64,000 bases of DNA from Mobula hypostoma (Eukaryota), in the NCBI RefSeq assembly GCF_963921235.1, contig NC_086108.1:31250001-31314000 (forward strand), read 5' to 3'. The notes under the pieces were generated by a model. That model searched no databases, was not told the DNA's origin, and worked only from the letters and a program-made list of their open reading frames with translations. The translations under genes and the position numbers were made by a program. Every line of letters begins with the position of its first letter. Within the stretch, counting starts at the first letter, position 1. Positions 1-13,309 of the stretch are shown piece by piece.

Positions 1-269
1 CTTTGTTTAGACAGTGCACACTCAAAACTGAACAAGTGATGGTGAGGGTTGCATACTGGATAGTGAGATTTGGACAAGGGAAAAGAAAGGGAAAGGTTTG
101 GGCAGAGGAAGTTGGTTGTGAGTCAGGAATGTTGTAAAAGCAAGGCAGTGCAAAAATAAGTATCAACACAAGTCCATGGTTATGTAGGAGGTAGTCCACT
201 GTTCTGCCTTCGTTGATCAACAAGGTCAGAGCACATACACTGGACTATCATAACAACATAGAATATCAG

Positions 270-1200
270 ATAGAAAGCAAAGAGTGCAAGTTAACGGGTT
301 AATTTGAAGCTGGCAGACCGCGACTGATGGAGCACAGCAAGGATTTGTGCTTAGGCCCCAGTCATAATGATGACTTGGCTGAGGCTACTCCTCATCATAT
401 TTCCAAGTTTGCTGATGGTGCTAAACTAGATGGGCTTGTGAGTACAGAGAAGATGTAAAGGGATTCCTGGAGACAATGGGTGGATGGAAATAGGATATAA
501 CATGGAAAACATGTGAGGTGATTCATAAAGAGGCACAGAACAGAACAGAAATGGTAAGAGACAGGGTAGTATTATTACTCAAAGTAACTTAAGTGTGCTT
601 GTGCACACGGGCAACATACAGAAGAAGCAAGAGCTTACAAGGGCAAATGGTATGTTAACCTTTATTTCAAATGGTTTTGAATACAGCAGTAAAAAGTCTT
701 ATTGCTACAATGGACACCACAACTGTCCACAGTATTGTGGACAGTTCAGGTCTCCTTTACTAACGAAAGATATATTCCTGCCATAAAAAGCCAGGGCCAA
801 GATTCAATGGTCTGGCTCCGAGACTAATAGTTTTGCTGTTTGAGGAGTGATTGAATAAACAGGATTGGATTCCGGAGAGTTTGGAAGAATCAAAACATAT
901 AAAATTCTTGAAGAACATTAGAATGTTTGGCATGTTTGAAAAGTCTAGGACCAGGGAAAAGTCTGATAATAAGGGGCAAGCTGTTTAGGACTGAGATGAG
1001 GAACAATTTCATCACTCGCTGGCTGATGAACCTTTTGGAGTTTTTGCCATGGAGGACTGTGGAGACTCAGCCACTGAGTTCAGTTAAAAGGAGATTGATA
1101 GATTTTTTGAATATGAAGGAAATCAAGTGATGTGGGGATATTGCAGGAAGGTAGTGAGGAGGGGAAGATCAGCCATGATCCTTATGAATAATGAAACCAG
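270..1200 (+). mobile_element. Degraded CR1 LINE, 3' part of ORF2 (RT C-terminus) and 3' UTR
   Basis: Remnants ISKFAD, RANGMLTFISNGFEYSS, QYCGQF, IRGKLFRTEMRNNF match the CR1 ORF2 C-terminus; many frameshifts. Confidence 0.8.
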
Positions 1201-1437
1201 ACAATCTACTGATAACTTTTAGTGTCTTTTGTTCTTACATGTTTTTAACTTTGAATTTCATCCGCATAATTAATTAAAAAATAATGCAAACAGTCTCCCT
1301 ACGCAAGATAACAAGTGCTTATATTTGGATTCAATCCCAGTTGCCTCATGGTGAAAGCTTGTGTGACATTTCCCTATCACTGAAATTAGCGCAGCTATTT
1401 TTAGGCAGATGTTCATCTACTGTTTTTGGTTACTTAA

Positions 1438-1456
1438 TACTGCCCTCTACTGGTGA
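1438..1456 (-). promoter_or_regulatory. CTCF-type motif
   Basis: Minus strand CACCAGTAGAGGGCAGTA matches the CTCF core CCASYAGRKGGCR, in non-TE sequence. Confidence 0.45.
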
Positions 1457-1689
1457 ATATGAACATTAATTTAATCCAAAGAAAAGCGACAACAATTCTT
1501 TGGAATTAATCAACTGTAATACACTGTAATCAGAGTTACACACTGCAGCATTGAATACATTAAAACAGGGTATGCTAACTGACTCCCCCTGAGAAGGTGA
1601 AAATTATATAGAAGAGTTATTCATAAATATCCCTGCTTCACATATCTCTCATCAATTCTCACTGAAATGATGGAAAATCGTACCAAAAG

Positions 1690-2222
1690 TAGTGGCTATG
1701 GCTCAGTCCACCTTGGATAAAGCCTATCCAATCATTGAACGCATCTACATGGAGCACTTTCACAGGAAAGCAACATCCATCATCAGGGACACACACCACC
1801 AAGGACTCTTCTCAATGTTGCCATCAGGAAAAAGAGGCTCAAGACTCACACCACCAGGTTCAAGAACAGTTATTACCTCTCAACCATCAGGCTCTTGAAC
1901 CAAAGGGGATAACTTCACTCAACTTCACCTGCCCCATCATCGAAATGTTCCCACAACCAATGAACACACTTTCAAGGACTCTTCATCTCATGTCCTCGAT
2001 ATTTATTGCTTAATTATTTATTATTATTATTTCATCTTTTTGTATTTGCACAGTCTGTAGTCTTCTGCACTATGTTTGAATGCTCAAGTTAGGATATTTT
2101 TCATTGATTCTGTTATGGTTATTATTCTATAGATTTATTACATATGCCCACAAGATACCATCTCATGGTTGTATATCGTGACATATATGTACTTTGATAA
2201 TAAAACATACTTTGAACTTTGA
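1690..2222 (+). mobile_element. Rex1/Babar-type LINE 3' end
   Basis: ORF remnant KATSIIRDTHH..GLFSMLPSGKR, then a 3' UTR ending in AATAAA and TTTGAACTTTGA repeats. Confidence 0.7.
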
Positions 2223-2261
2223 AATGATTAAGGTTTTAAAAACATGGCTAATAAATCAAGG

Positions 2262-4318
2262 AAGGTAGTGCACCATGGCTGACAAGGGAAATTAGGGATA
2301 GTATCAATTCCAAAGAAGAAGCATATAAATTAGCCAGAAAAAGTGGCTCACCTGAGGACTGGGAGAAATTCAGAGTTCAGCAGAGGAGGACAAAGGGCTT
2401 AATTAGGAAGGGGAAAAAAGATTATGAGAGTAAACTGGCAGGGAACATAAAAACTGACTGTAAAAGCTTTTATAGATATGTGAAAAGAAAAAGATTGGTT
2501 AAGACAAATCTAGGTCCCCTACAGACAGAAACAGGTGAATTGTTTATGGGGAGCAAGGGCATGGCAGACCAATTGAATAATTACTTTGGTTCTGTCTTCA
2601 CTAAGGAAGACATAAATAATCTTCCGGAAATAGTAAGGGACAGAGGGTCCAGTGAGATGGAGGAACTGAGTGAAATACATGTTAGTAGGGAAGTGGTGTT
2701 AGGTTAATTGAAGGGATTAAAGACAGATAAATCCCCAGGGCCAGATGGTCTGCATCCCAGAGTGCTTAAGGAAGTAGCCCAAGAAATAGTGGATGCATTA
2801 GTCATAATTTTTCAAAACTCTTTAGATTCTGGACTAGTTCCTGAGGACTGGACGGTGGCTAATGTAACCCCACTTTTTAAAAAAGGAGGGAGAGAGAAAC
2901 CAGGGAATTATAGACCGGTTAACCTAACATCAGTGGTGGGGAAACTGCGAGAGTCAGTTATCAAAGATGTGATAACAGCACATTTGGAAAGCGGTGAAAT
3001 CATCGGACAAAGTCAGCATAGATTTGTGAAAGAAAAATCATGTTTGACGAATCTCATAGAACTTTTTGAGGATGTAACTAGTAGAGTGGATAGGGGAGAA
3101 CCAATGGATGTGGTATATTTGGATTTTCAAAAGGCCTTTGACAAGGTCCCACACAGGAGATTAGTGTGCAAACTTAAAGCACATGGTATTGGGGGTAAGG
3201 TATTGATGTAGATAGAGAATTGGTTGGCAGACAGGAAGCAAAGAGTGGGAATAAACGGGACCTTTTCAGAATGGCAGGCAGTGACTGGTGGGGTACCGCA
3301 AGGCTCACTGCTGGGACCCCAGTTGTTTACAATATATATTAATGACTTGGATGAGGGAATTAAATGCAGCATCTCCAAGTTTGCGGATGACACAAAGCTG
3401 GGCGGCAGTGTTAGCTGCGAGGAGGATGCTAAGAGGATGCAGGGTGACTTGGATAGGTTAGGTGAGTGGGTAAATTCATGGCAGATGCAATTTAATGTGG
3501 ATAAATGTGAAGTTATCCACTTTGGTGGCAAAAACAGGAAAATAGATTATTATCCGAATGGTGGCTGATTAAGAAAAGGGGAGGTGCAACGAGACCTGGG
3601 TGTCATTATACACTAGTCATTGAAAGTGGGCATGCAGATACAGCAGGCGGTGAAAAAGACGAATGGTATGCTGGCATTTATAGCAAGAGGATTCAAGTAC
3701 AGGAGCAGAAAGGTACTACTGCAGTTGTACAAGGCCTTGGTGAGACCACACCTGCAGTATTGTGTGCAGTTTTGGTCCCCTAATCTGAGGAAAGACATCC
3801 TTGCCAGAGAGGGAGTACAAAGAAGGTTCACCAGATTGATTCCTGGGATGGCAGGACTTTCATATGATGAAAGGCTGGATGAACTAGGCTTATACTCATT
3901 GGAATTTAGAAGATTGAGGGGAGGGATCTGATTAAAACGTATAAAATCTTAAAGGGATTGGACAGGCTAGATGCAGGAAGATTGTTCCCGATGTTGGGGA
4001 AGTCCAGAACAAGGGGTCACAGTTTGAGGATAAGGGGGAAGCCTTTTAGGACTGAGATTAGGAAAAACTTCTTCACACAGAGAGTGGTGAATCTGTGGAA
4101 TTCTCTGCCACAGGAAACAGTTGAGGCCAGTTCATTGGCTATATTTAAGAGGGAGTTAGATATGGCCCTTGTGGCTAAAGAGATTCAGGGGATATGCAGG
4201 AAAGGCTGGTACAGGGTTCTGAGTTGGATGATCAGCTATGATCATACTGAATGGCGGCGCAGGCTCGAAGGGCCGAATGACCTACTCCTGCACCTATTTT
4301 CTATGTTTCTATGTTTCT
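2262..4318 (+). mobile_element. 5'-truncated CR1 LINE (ORF2 RT, disrupted by stops and frameshifts)
   Basis: KSPGPDGLHPRVLKE, YLDFQKAFDKVPH, GVPQGSLLGP, KFADDTK, LVRPHLQYCVQFWSP; 3' tail (TTCTATGT)n at about 4299-4318. Confidence 0.95.
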
Positions 4319-4621
4319 AAATATTTGAACAATTTGTAGAATGAAATAAGCTTTTGTATTTTTTTCTTCCCTGATCAGTGTTCTCTTAATCAAATTTTGA
4401 CTTTATTACCATCAGCCCTGCTCCCAACACTGACGTGTTGGGTCTGGATCTCTCAGTTCCCAGCAGATATTAATTCAAAATGAAACCCCACTCAGTAAGA
4501 CTTCAGGTTGGGGCAACATTACTTTGGCGAAGGAGGTAATTTCTCATGAGGTGAGGTGCGGGAGTGAGTTGCAGAGATGAAAGGAGGAGATACCCTTTCT
4601 ATCCAGAAAGATTGTATTGTG

Positions 4622-5403
4622 TCAAAGTTCAAAGTTAAAGTTAAATTGTCATTTAGCCATTCATGAATACAGCCAACAGAAGAGTGTTACTCAGTGGTCA
4701 AGATATAACACATTGTACCAACAGTCACACAGAACATAAAGCCCATATAGCACATAGAAAGTGCGTCATATACAGTTACACAAACAAAATAGTCTGATAC
4801 CCTGACTCCATGAATAATGTTGCAGAAATCTGCAGTCAAAAACAATACAGTTTATCTTCTGCTAAATAAACTGGGGGGTGGGGGGTGCGGGGAGGGGGGC
4901 AGCACATATTCCAGCTTGGATGCCATGCCAAACTGCGTCCAGTGGAGTGCACCAACTCCAACACCTCTCTCCTAGACGACTGTAAACAGGTGACCCATGG
5001 CCTGAGGCCTAGTCCTTATTACAACCAAGGCCACAAAGCCCCCTCGCTGTCCGTCAACACATCAGCAAATCGGGCTTGCAATATTCCACATCAATAACGC
5101 CCAACAAGGTCATGTGATCACAAGAAAAGCGACTAAGATGATCGTTTGCTGTTAGACTACACATCTCCTTTGCACGCTGGCGCCCCTCTAATACAAGTTC
5201 GCAGCACGATCACGCCAAATCCTGCTCCTTCAGTTTCTTCACTAACAAGCAACTTGCTGATGGGGTAGACCTGCCATAATTCAAGTTTTTAATGTCCAGC
5301 AGTGTTTTGTGATCATAAAACAATATGTTTAAAAAGGTCAATGACACCTTTAGTTGACCCCGTAGAAGCCACTGTGATCAAATGTGCCGCCATCTTAAAG
5401 GAA
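4622..5403 (-). mobile_element. Putative non-autonomous LINE derivative (Rex/Babar-like ends, no ORF)
   Basis: Minus strand starts with AAGATGGCGG (YY1-type motif, about 5396-5387) and ends in a (TTTGAAC)-like tail at 4622-4645, like the tail at 2211-2222. Confidence 0.45.
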
Positions 5404-6002
5404 ACCATCAATAGTTTGTTGATGGTAAGGAAAAAGAAGCAATGACTTTTGGAGGAAGGGGTCATGTTGAGGCCAGGGGTGAAGCTGAATCTACTATCAC
5501 ATAAAATATGATAATTACTGGGTCCTCTTGTCTACTGTCTCTGATCAAGAGTCCAGATATGGATAATTGCAATTCTCATAGGTAACTGAAAACAAGTAAC
5601 TTAAAATGCAGTTGTAATGAAATGTTTTGTATGATTGATTTCCAAGATAAATTTTTCACTGTACGTTGGTATATGTGACAGTAATAAACCAATTTGTCAA
5701 CTTACCAATTTACCAGTCCAGCAAGTTGTTGAAATGTCAAGCCAAGTAATGTGGGAACATTGAGTCAGACTGCATCCATGCAGGGAAGTGGACAGTTGAC
5801 ACTCAGGATGACATGGAACATTCAAACGAAGGGTGTCGACACAAAACGATGATGTTTCATTTCCTTCTACAGATGCTGCCTGACCACAGATTTCCACCCA
5901 CATTTTGTTTGTTGATACAGATTCCAGCTCATGGCATTTATTGGGCCTCCAGTTATTACATGTATTATTTTGACATTAATTCTCAGGTCATATGCAAGAA
6001 TA

Positions 6003-6500
6003 TACACAGTGGCACTCTATTAGGTACACTTCTATACCTGCTCATTAATGCAAATATCTAATTAGCCAATCATGTGGCAGCAACTCAATCCATAAAAGCA
6101 TGCAGACATGGTCAAGACATTGCTGTTCAGACCAAACATCAGAATGGGGAAGAAATGTGATCCAAGTGACTTTGACCATGAAATAATTGTTGGTGCCAGT
6201 GGGCATGGATTGAGTATCTCAGAAAGTGCTGATCTCCTGGAATTTTCACACACATATCTTTAGAGTTTACGGAGAATGGTGCAAAAAACAAAAAAAAACA
6301 TCCAGTAAGCAGCAGTTCTGTTGTCAAATAATGTCTTATTAATGAGGGAGGTCAGAGGAGAATGGCCAGACTGATTCGAGGTGACAAGAAGGTCATAGTA
6401 ATCCAAGTAAACACGCAAAACAATAATGTTGTGCAGAAGAGTATCTCTGAACACACAACACGTAGAACCTTGTAGTGGATTGGCTACAGCAATAGAAGAC
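6003..6500 (+). mobile_element. Tc1-like DNA transposon, 5' fragment (transposase HTH region, disrupted)
   Basis: From ATG 6144: MGKKCDPSDFDHEIIVGA..SISESADLLEFS..RVYGEWCKKQ..GQRRMARL..KSISEHTTRRTL; left end begins TACACAGTGGCAC. Confidence 0.8.
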
Positions 6501-6876
6501 GATGAAGATTTAAAATGTTAAGACCTTTTAGTCATTGTGAATACCTCTATTTCTTTATTACTCATTGGCAATAGTCCAGTGAATGGACATATGAAACACA
6601 TACACCTTGATCATGAGTTATTTGATAATCAAGTTAATGAATGGAGCTAAATGTGAAAGGAAGAGTTTTGCATCTATTTTGTTGCCTAATTACTAGCACT
6701 AATGTCGAAGAACAGTTACTTAGAAGCCTTTAGTAATATGTTAAATACTGAAAGACTGTGAATGCAGTAAGCATTCGGTATTAAAACAATGCCTAGAAAC
6801 AGCTTCAGCCATCATTGACATTTATATTGCATAATGTGGCTCAATACTACTGCAACAGAAGGTGAAATTAAATAAT

Positions 6877-7497
6877 TCAAGATTCAAGGCTGTTTAATGT
6901 TATTCCCAGTACACAAGAACTCTGAATCCGATGCAGCACAGAAACATTGCAATAAGATAAAGAACAGAATCATAAAAATAATGCAATAGATACACATACG
7001 AGGGGTGATTGATAGGTTTGTGGCCTAAGGTAGAAGGGGATGAGTTATACAGCTCTTGTTACATGTACATTCAGTTCAACTCTTTGAGTGATTATGCTGA
7101 AAGTTTGAAGTTAACAACTCATCTCCTTCTTCCTTAGGCCACGAACATATCAATCACCCCTGCTGTGGACCACTTCTGGAGGTCCAAGACGTCAACTTCT
7201 ACAAAGAAGGGATCTGTATGCTCCACGACCACTGGACTAAGTGTGCAAATGTAATAAAAATAAATAAATTTCTAAAATTGACTCATTCTACCTTAGGCCA
7301 CGAACTTATCAATTCTCCCTCGTACATAAGAAATCTCATATACATAGACAGATTCTATGTCTATAAAGTGACACTAGGCACGGGAATGTCTGTACATCAG
7401 GTGACTGAGGAAGTGATAAAGTAGTGGTGGTTAGAGGTGTGGAGGGGTGGGTTAATGGGTGGAGGAGTTGATCAGCCTTACTGCTTGCGGAAAGTAA
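6877..7497 (-). mobile_element. Rex/Babar-type 3' end, interrupted by the mariner MITE
   Basis: CAAGATTCAAG tail at 6877-6888; the flanks join across the MITE into a typical 3' UTR. Confidence 0.45.
6999..7322. mobile_element. mariner-derived MITE with TA target duplication
   Basis: TIRs CGAGGGGTGATTGATAGGTTTGTGGCCTAAGGTAGAA and TTCTACCTTAGGCCACGAACTTATCAATTCTCCCTCG; TA at 6997-6998 and 7323-7324; internal transposase C-terminal remnant FYKEGICMLHDHWTKCANV. Confidence 0.85.
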
Positions 7498-7826
7498 AGA
7501 GAACAGGGTTACAATATTTCCCTGTATTATGAAGCTTAAATGGACAATGCAATTTAAATTTGCACCTGACTTTTAAAGGAATATATTATAATGTTGACAC
7601 CACTCTCCCAGCTATAGTACAGAGTTGCAACTGAATGAATGGAAGTTAGAAAGCTGTGATTGGGTGGGAGAATTCTCCCAGGAGATCAGTGATACATGGG
7701 CAAGCTAGAGGAGAAAATGCGCACAAAGTATTGATAATATGTGCATGGTAGCTGGAATTTCTTGGAAGGTCTTTGCAAGGACGTTGTATGAGAATCTGAG
7801 TTTTGAGGAAAAAATGCCCATTTATT

Positions 7827-9947
7827 TGTGGAAGGATGTAATAGAGAAATGGAGGTCACTTAAAGGTGAAATTTTGAGGGTACAGAATCTTTATGTTCCT
7901 GTTAGGTTGAAAGGAAAGGTTAAAAGTTTGAGACAGCCATGGTTTTCAAGGGATATTGGAAACTTGGTTGGGAAAAAGAGAGATATCTACAATAAATATA
8001 GGCAGCATGGAATAAATGAAGTGCTCAAGGAATGTCAAAATAATCTTAAGAAAGAAATTAGAAAAGCTAAAAGAAGATATGAGGTTGCTTTTGCAAGTAA
8101 GGTGAAAATAAATCCAGAGGGTTCCTACAGTTATATTAATAGCAAAAGGATAGTGAGGGATAAAATTGGTCGCTGAGAGAATCAGAGTGGACAGCTATGT
8201 GTGGAACCAAAAGAGATGGGGGAGATTTTGAACAATTTCTTTTCTTCGGTATTCACTAAGGAGAAGGACATTGAATTTTGTAAGGTAAGGGAAACAGGTA
8301 GGGAAGTTATGGAAACTATGATGATTAAAGAAGTGGAAGTATTGGAACTTTTAAGGAATATAAAAGTGGATAAGTCTCCGGGTCCTGACAGGATATTCCC
8401 TAGGACCTTGAGGGAAGTTAGTGTGGAAATAGCAGGGGCTCTGACAGAAATATTTCAAATGTCATTAGAAATGGGGATGGTGCTGGAGGATTGATGTAAT
8501 GCTCACGTTGTTCCATTGTTTAAAATGGGTTCTAAGAGTAACCCTAGCAATTATCGAACTGTAAGTTTGACGTCAGTGGTGGGTAAATTAATGGAAAGCA
8601 TTCTTAAAGATGGTATATGTAATTATCTGGATAGACAGGGTCTGATTAGGAACAATCAACATGGATTTGTGTGTGGAAGGTCATGTTTGACAAATCTTAT
8701 TGAATTTTTTGAAGAGGTTACTAGGAAAGTTGATGAGAGTAGAGCGGTGGATGTTGCTATATGGACTTCAGTAAGGCCTTTGACAAGGTTCCACACGGAA
8801 GGTTAGTTAGGAAGGTTCAATCGTTGGATATTAATATTGAAGTAGTAAAGTAGATTCAACAGTGTGGCTGGATGGGAGACGCCAGGGAGTAGTGGTGGAT
8901 AACTGTTTGTCAGGCTGGAGGCCGGTGACTAGTGTTGTGCCTCAGGGATCTGTACTGGGACCAATGTTGTTTGTCATTTACATTAACGATCTGGATGATG
9001 GGGTGGTAAATTGGATGAGTAAGTATGCAGATGATACTAAGATAGGTGGCGTTGTGGATAATGAATCAGGTTTCAAAGCTTGCAGAGAGAGATAGGCCGG
9101 TTAGAAGAGAGGGCTGAAAGATGGCAGATGGAGGTTAATGCTGATAAGTGTGAGGTGCTACATTTTGGTAGGACTAATCAAAATAGGACATACATGGTAA
9201 ATGGTGGGGCATTGAAGAATGCAGTAGAACAGAGGGATCAAGGAATAATGGTGCATAGTTCCCTGAAGGTGGAATCTCATGTGGATAGGGTGGTGAAGAA
9301 AGCTTTTGGTATGCTGGCCTTTATAACTCAGAGCATTGAGTATAGGAGTTGGGATGTAATGTTAAATTTGTACAAGGCATTGGTAAGGCCAAATTTGGAG
9401 TATTGTGTACAGTTCTAGTCACCAAATTACTGTATAGGAAAGCTGTCAACAAAATAGAGAGAGAGTACAGAGTAGATTTACTAGAATGTTACCTAGGTTT
9501 CAGCACCTAATTTATAGAGAAAGGTTGAGAAAGTTGTGTCTTTATTCTTTGGAATGTAGAAGGTTGAGTGGGGTCTTGATAGAGGTATTTAAAATTATGT
9601 GGGGGATAGATAGAGTTGACATGGATAGGCTTTTTTCCATTGAGAGTGGGGGAGATTCAAACAAGAGGACATGAGATGAGAGTTAGCGGGCAAAAGTTTA
9701 GGGGTAAAACGAGGGGGAACTTCTTTCCTCAGAGAGTGGTAGCTGTGTGGAACAAGCTTCCAGTAGAAATGATAGAGACAGATTCAAAATTATCATTTAA
9801 AATAAAATTGGTTAGCTATATGGACAGGACAGGAATAGAGGGTTATGGGCTGAGTGCAGGTCGGTGGAACTAGGTGAGAGTAAACGTCGGCTTGGACTAA
9901 AAGGGCCGAGATGGCCTGTTTCTGTGCTGTAATTGATATATGGTTAC
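7827..9947 (+). mobile_element. 5'-truncated CR1 LINE
   Basis: KSPGPDRIFPRTLRE, VPQGSVLGP, KYADDTK, LVRPNLEYCVQF; tail TATATGGTTA at about 9937-9947. Confidence 0.93.
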
Positions 9948-10229
9948 ATACATTCTGCCTTTTCCTGCGGGCTGACGAAAGAGAAGATGAGAGTGGAGTT
10001 TGGGTGAGCTCCCTAATACAAGTGAACTGTAAGCTGTGAGATGTGGCAGATATCTGCAGCAGTGATCCTGAGGTGAAAATACTGAGTGTGTCTATGGCAC
10101 TAATTTCTGTGAGCAAAGAAGTCAACTTACGTGTATCATGTTACCTTTGAGTTCACCGAAGATGTGACTCTCACTAAGCACAAAACACACATGTTCATTT
10201 CTCTCCCTTTAAATACCTGTAGCAGAGAG

Positions 10230-10500
10230 GCTATGTTAGTCGATATCCATTTAGTTCCTCTCCCCATTTCCATGCCAATTTTTTCTGTGCTTGGCCTCCT
10301 TCACTGCCAGGGTGAAACCAAAGACCAACCAGAAAAACAGTGTCTCACTTTCCACCTGCATTCTCTACAATGCAACATTAACAATTAATTCTCTTATTTC
10401 AAAGAACCTGCACTCCATTTGTACCTTTCTGTCTGCTCTAATCTACTTGTGTCCTCTCACAGATACCCCTCTTTCCAAAACTGACACCACTCCCTATCCC
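10230..10500 (+). mobile_element. Degraded Penelope-like element (GIY-YIG C-terminus); continues at 12801-13232 after a CR1 insertion
   Basis: Remnant VLGLLHCQGETK..EKQCLTFHLHSLQ resembles the cleaner peptide at 59914-60114. Confidence 0.55.
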
Positions 10501-10501
10501 A

Positions 10502-12800
10502 TATAACCATATAACATATAACAATTACAGCACGGAAACAGGCCATCTCGGTCTTTCTAGTCCGTGCTGAACTCTTACTCTCACCCTCACCCAGTCCCAC
10601 TGACCTGCACTCAGCCCAAAACCCTCCATTCCTTTCCTATCCATATATCTATCCAATTTAACTTTAAATGACAACATCGAACCTGCCTCAACCACTTCTG
10701 CTGGAAGCTCGTTCCACACAACTACCACTCTCTGAGTAAAGAAGTTCCCCCTCGTTTTACCCCTAAACTTTCGCCCGCTAACTCTCATCTCATGTTCTCT
10801 TGCTTGAATCTCCCCTACTCTCAATGGAAAAAAGCCTATCCACGTCAACTCTATCTATCCCCCTCATAATTTTAAATACCTCTGTCAAGACCCGCTCAAC
10901 CTTTTACACTCCAAAGAATAAAGACCTAACTTGTTCAACCTTTCTCTGTAACTTAGGAGATGAAACCCAGGCAACATTTTAGTAAATCTCCTCTGTATTC
11001 TCTCAAATTTATTGACATCTTTCCTATAATTCGGTGACCAGAACTGTACACGATACTCCAATTTTGGCCTCACCAATGCCTTATACAATTTCAACATTAC
11101 ATCCTAACTCCTATACTCAATGCTCTGATTTATAAAGGCCAGCATACCAAAAGCATTCTTCACCACCCTATCCACATGAGATTCCAGCTTCAGGGAACTA
11201 TGCACCATTATTCCTAGATCCCTCTGTTCTATTGCATCTTCAATGCCTACCATTTATCATGTATGTCCTATTTTGATTAGTCCTACCAATATGTAGCACC
11301 TCACATTTATCAGTATTAAACTCCATCTGCCATCTTTCAGCCCACTCTTCTACCCGGCCTATCTCTCTCTGCAAGCTTTAAAAACCTACTTCATTATCCA
11401 CAACTCCACCTATCTTAGTATCATCTGCATACTTACTAATCCAATTTACCACCCCATCATCCAGATCATTAATGTATATGACAAACAACATTGGACCCAG
11501 TACAGATCCCTGAGGCACACCACTAGACACCGTCCTCCAATCTGCCACACAGTTATCCACCACTACTCTCTGACGTCTCCCATCCAGCCACTGCTGAATC
11601 CATTTTACTACTTCGATATTAATGCCTAATGATTGAACCTTCCTAACTAATCTTCCGTGTGGAACTTTGTCAAAGGCCTTACTGAAGTCTATATAGACAA
11701 CATCCACCGCTTTACCCTCGTCAACTTTCCTAGTAAACTCTTCAAAAAATTCAATAAGATTTGTCAAACATGACCTTCCACACACAAATCCACGTTGACT
11801 GTTCCTAATCAGACCCTGTCTATCCAGATAATTATATATACCATCTCTAAGAATACTTTCCATCAGTTTATCCACCACTGACGTCAAACTCACAGGCCGA
11901 TAATTGCTAGGTTTACTCTTAGAACCCTTTTTAAACAATGGAACAACATGAGCAATACGCCAATCCTCCGGCACCATCCCAATTTCTAATGACATTTGAA
12001 ATATTTCTGTCAGAGCCCTGCTATTTCCTCACTAAATTCCCTCAAGGATCTAGGGAATATCCTGTCCGGACCCAGAGACTTATCCACTTTTATATTCCTT
12101 AAAAGCACCAGTACTTCCTCTTCTTTAATCGTCATACTTTCCATAACTACTCTTCTTGTTTCCTTTACCTTACACAATTCAATATCCTTCTCCTTAGTGA
12201 ATACCGAAGAAAATAAATTGTTCAAAATCTCCTCCATCTCTTTTCGCTCTGCACATAACCATCCACTCTGATTCTCTAAGGGACCAATTTTATCCCTCAC
12301 TATCCTTTTGCTATTAATATAACTGTAAAAACCCTTTGGATTTATTTTCACCTTACTTGCCAAAGCAGCCTCATATCTTCTTTTAGCTTTTCTAATTTCT
12401 TTCTTAAGATTCTTTTTACGTTCTTTATATTCCTCGAGCACCTCATTTACTCCATGCTGCCTATATTTATTGTAGGTCCCTCTCTTTTTTCGAACCAAGT
12501 TTTCAATATCCCTTAAAAACCATGGCTCTCTCAAACTTTTAACCTTTCCTGTCAACCTAACAGAAACATAAAGATCTTGTACCCTCAGAATTTCACCTTT
12601 AAATGACCTCCTTTTCTCTATTACATCCTTCCCATAAAACAAATTGTCCCAATCCACTCCTTCTAAATCCTTTCGCATCTCCTCAAAGTTAGCCTTTCTG
12701 CAATCAAAAATCTCAACCCCGGGTCCAGTCTTATCCTTCTCCATAGTTATATTGAAACTAATGGCATTGTGATCACTGGACCCGAAGTGCTCCCCAACAC
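10502..12800 (-). mobile_element. 5'-truncated CR1 LINE, same family as 7827-9947
   Basis: ORFs 12010-12900, 11378-11995 and 10885-11097 (HFGSSDHNAI, VPQGSVLGP, KYADDTK); tail (TTATATGG)n at 10502-10522. Confidence 0.95.
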
Positions 12801-13232
12801 TTCGCCTTGTTATCCTGCTTCTTTCCTCTCCCTCACCTGGTTCCATCACCCACACACTCCTCCCATTGGGTGTCCGATCTGCTCCCCCCACTATTCCCAT
12901 CTACCCACCATCCCTTCCTTATCTGATTCTCTCCTTTACTCTCCTTTCTTATAAGATTCCATAATCTGCAGCTCTCCACTAATCTCCTTTTTGCTTCTAT
13001 CACTTTCTTCACTCTTCACTCCCTCAGTTGGTTCTATCTGTCCAAATACCTGCTCTCAATTCAACCCCTCTCCATTATCTCTTGGAAGTGTCCATCTCCC
13101 ATTTACAGTCTCAATCTTGATCCACTGACTCAACACATAACAACTACCTGTCTGCCTCTAGAAATACTGCCTAATGCTATTCCTCCAGCACTTTTTTTAA
13201 CTCCAGATTCCAGCATCTCCAGTCTCTTGTGT
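12801..13232 (+). mobile_element. Penelope-like 3' UTR remnant
   Basis: Pyrimidine-rich UTR ending CTCCAGATTCCAGCATCTCCAGTCTCTTGTGTCTC, like other Penelope ends in the window. Confidence 0.55.
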
Positions 13233-13240
13233 CTCTAGGG

Positions 13241-13309
13241 CTGGTGTTCCCAACATTTTTTAGCCATGGAACAATACCATTAGGAAAGGAAGTTGGTTGG
13301 GAACCCCTG
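13241..13309. mobile_element. hAT (Charlie-type) MITE
   Basis: TIRs CTGGTGTTCCCAAC and GTTGGGAACCCCTG; 8-bp TSD CTCTAGGG (13233-13240) and CTTTAGGG (13310-13317). Confidence 0.75.

Noticed and set aside
9793..10125. 110-aa minus-strand ORF as a host exon
   Set aside because: It runs into a CR1 3' UTR, has no recognisable domain and has no supported splice context.
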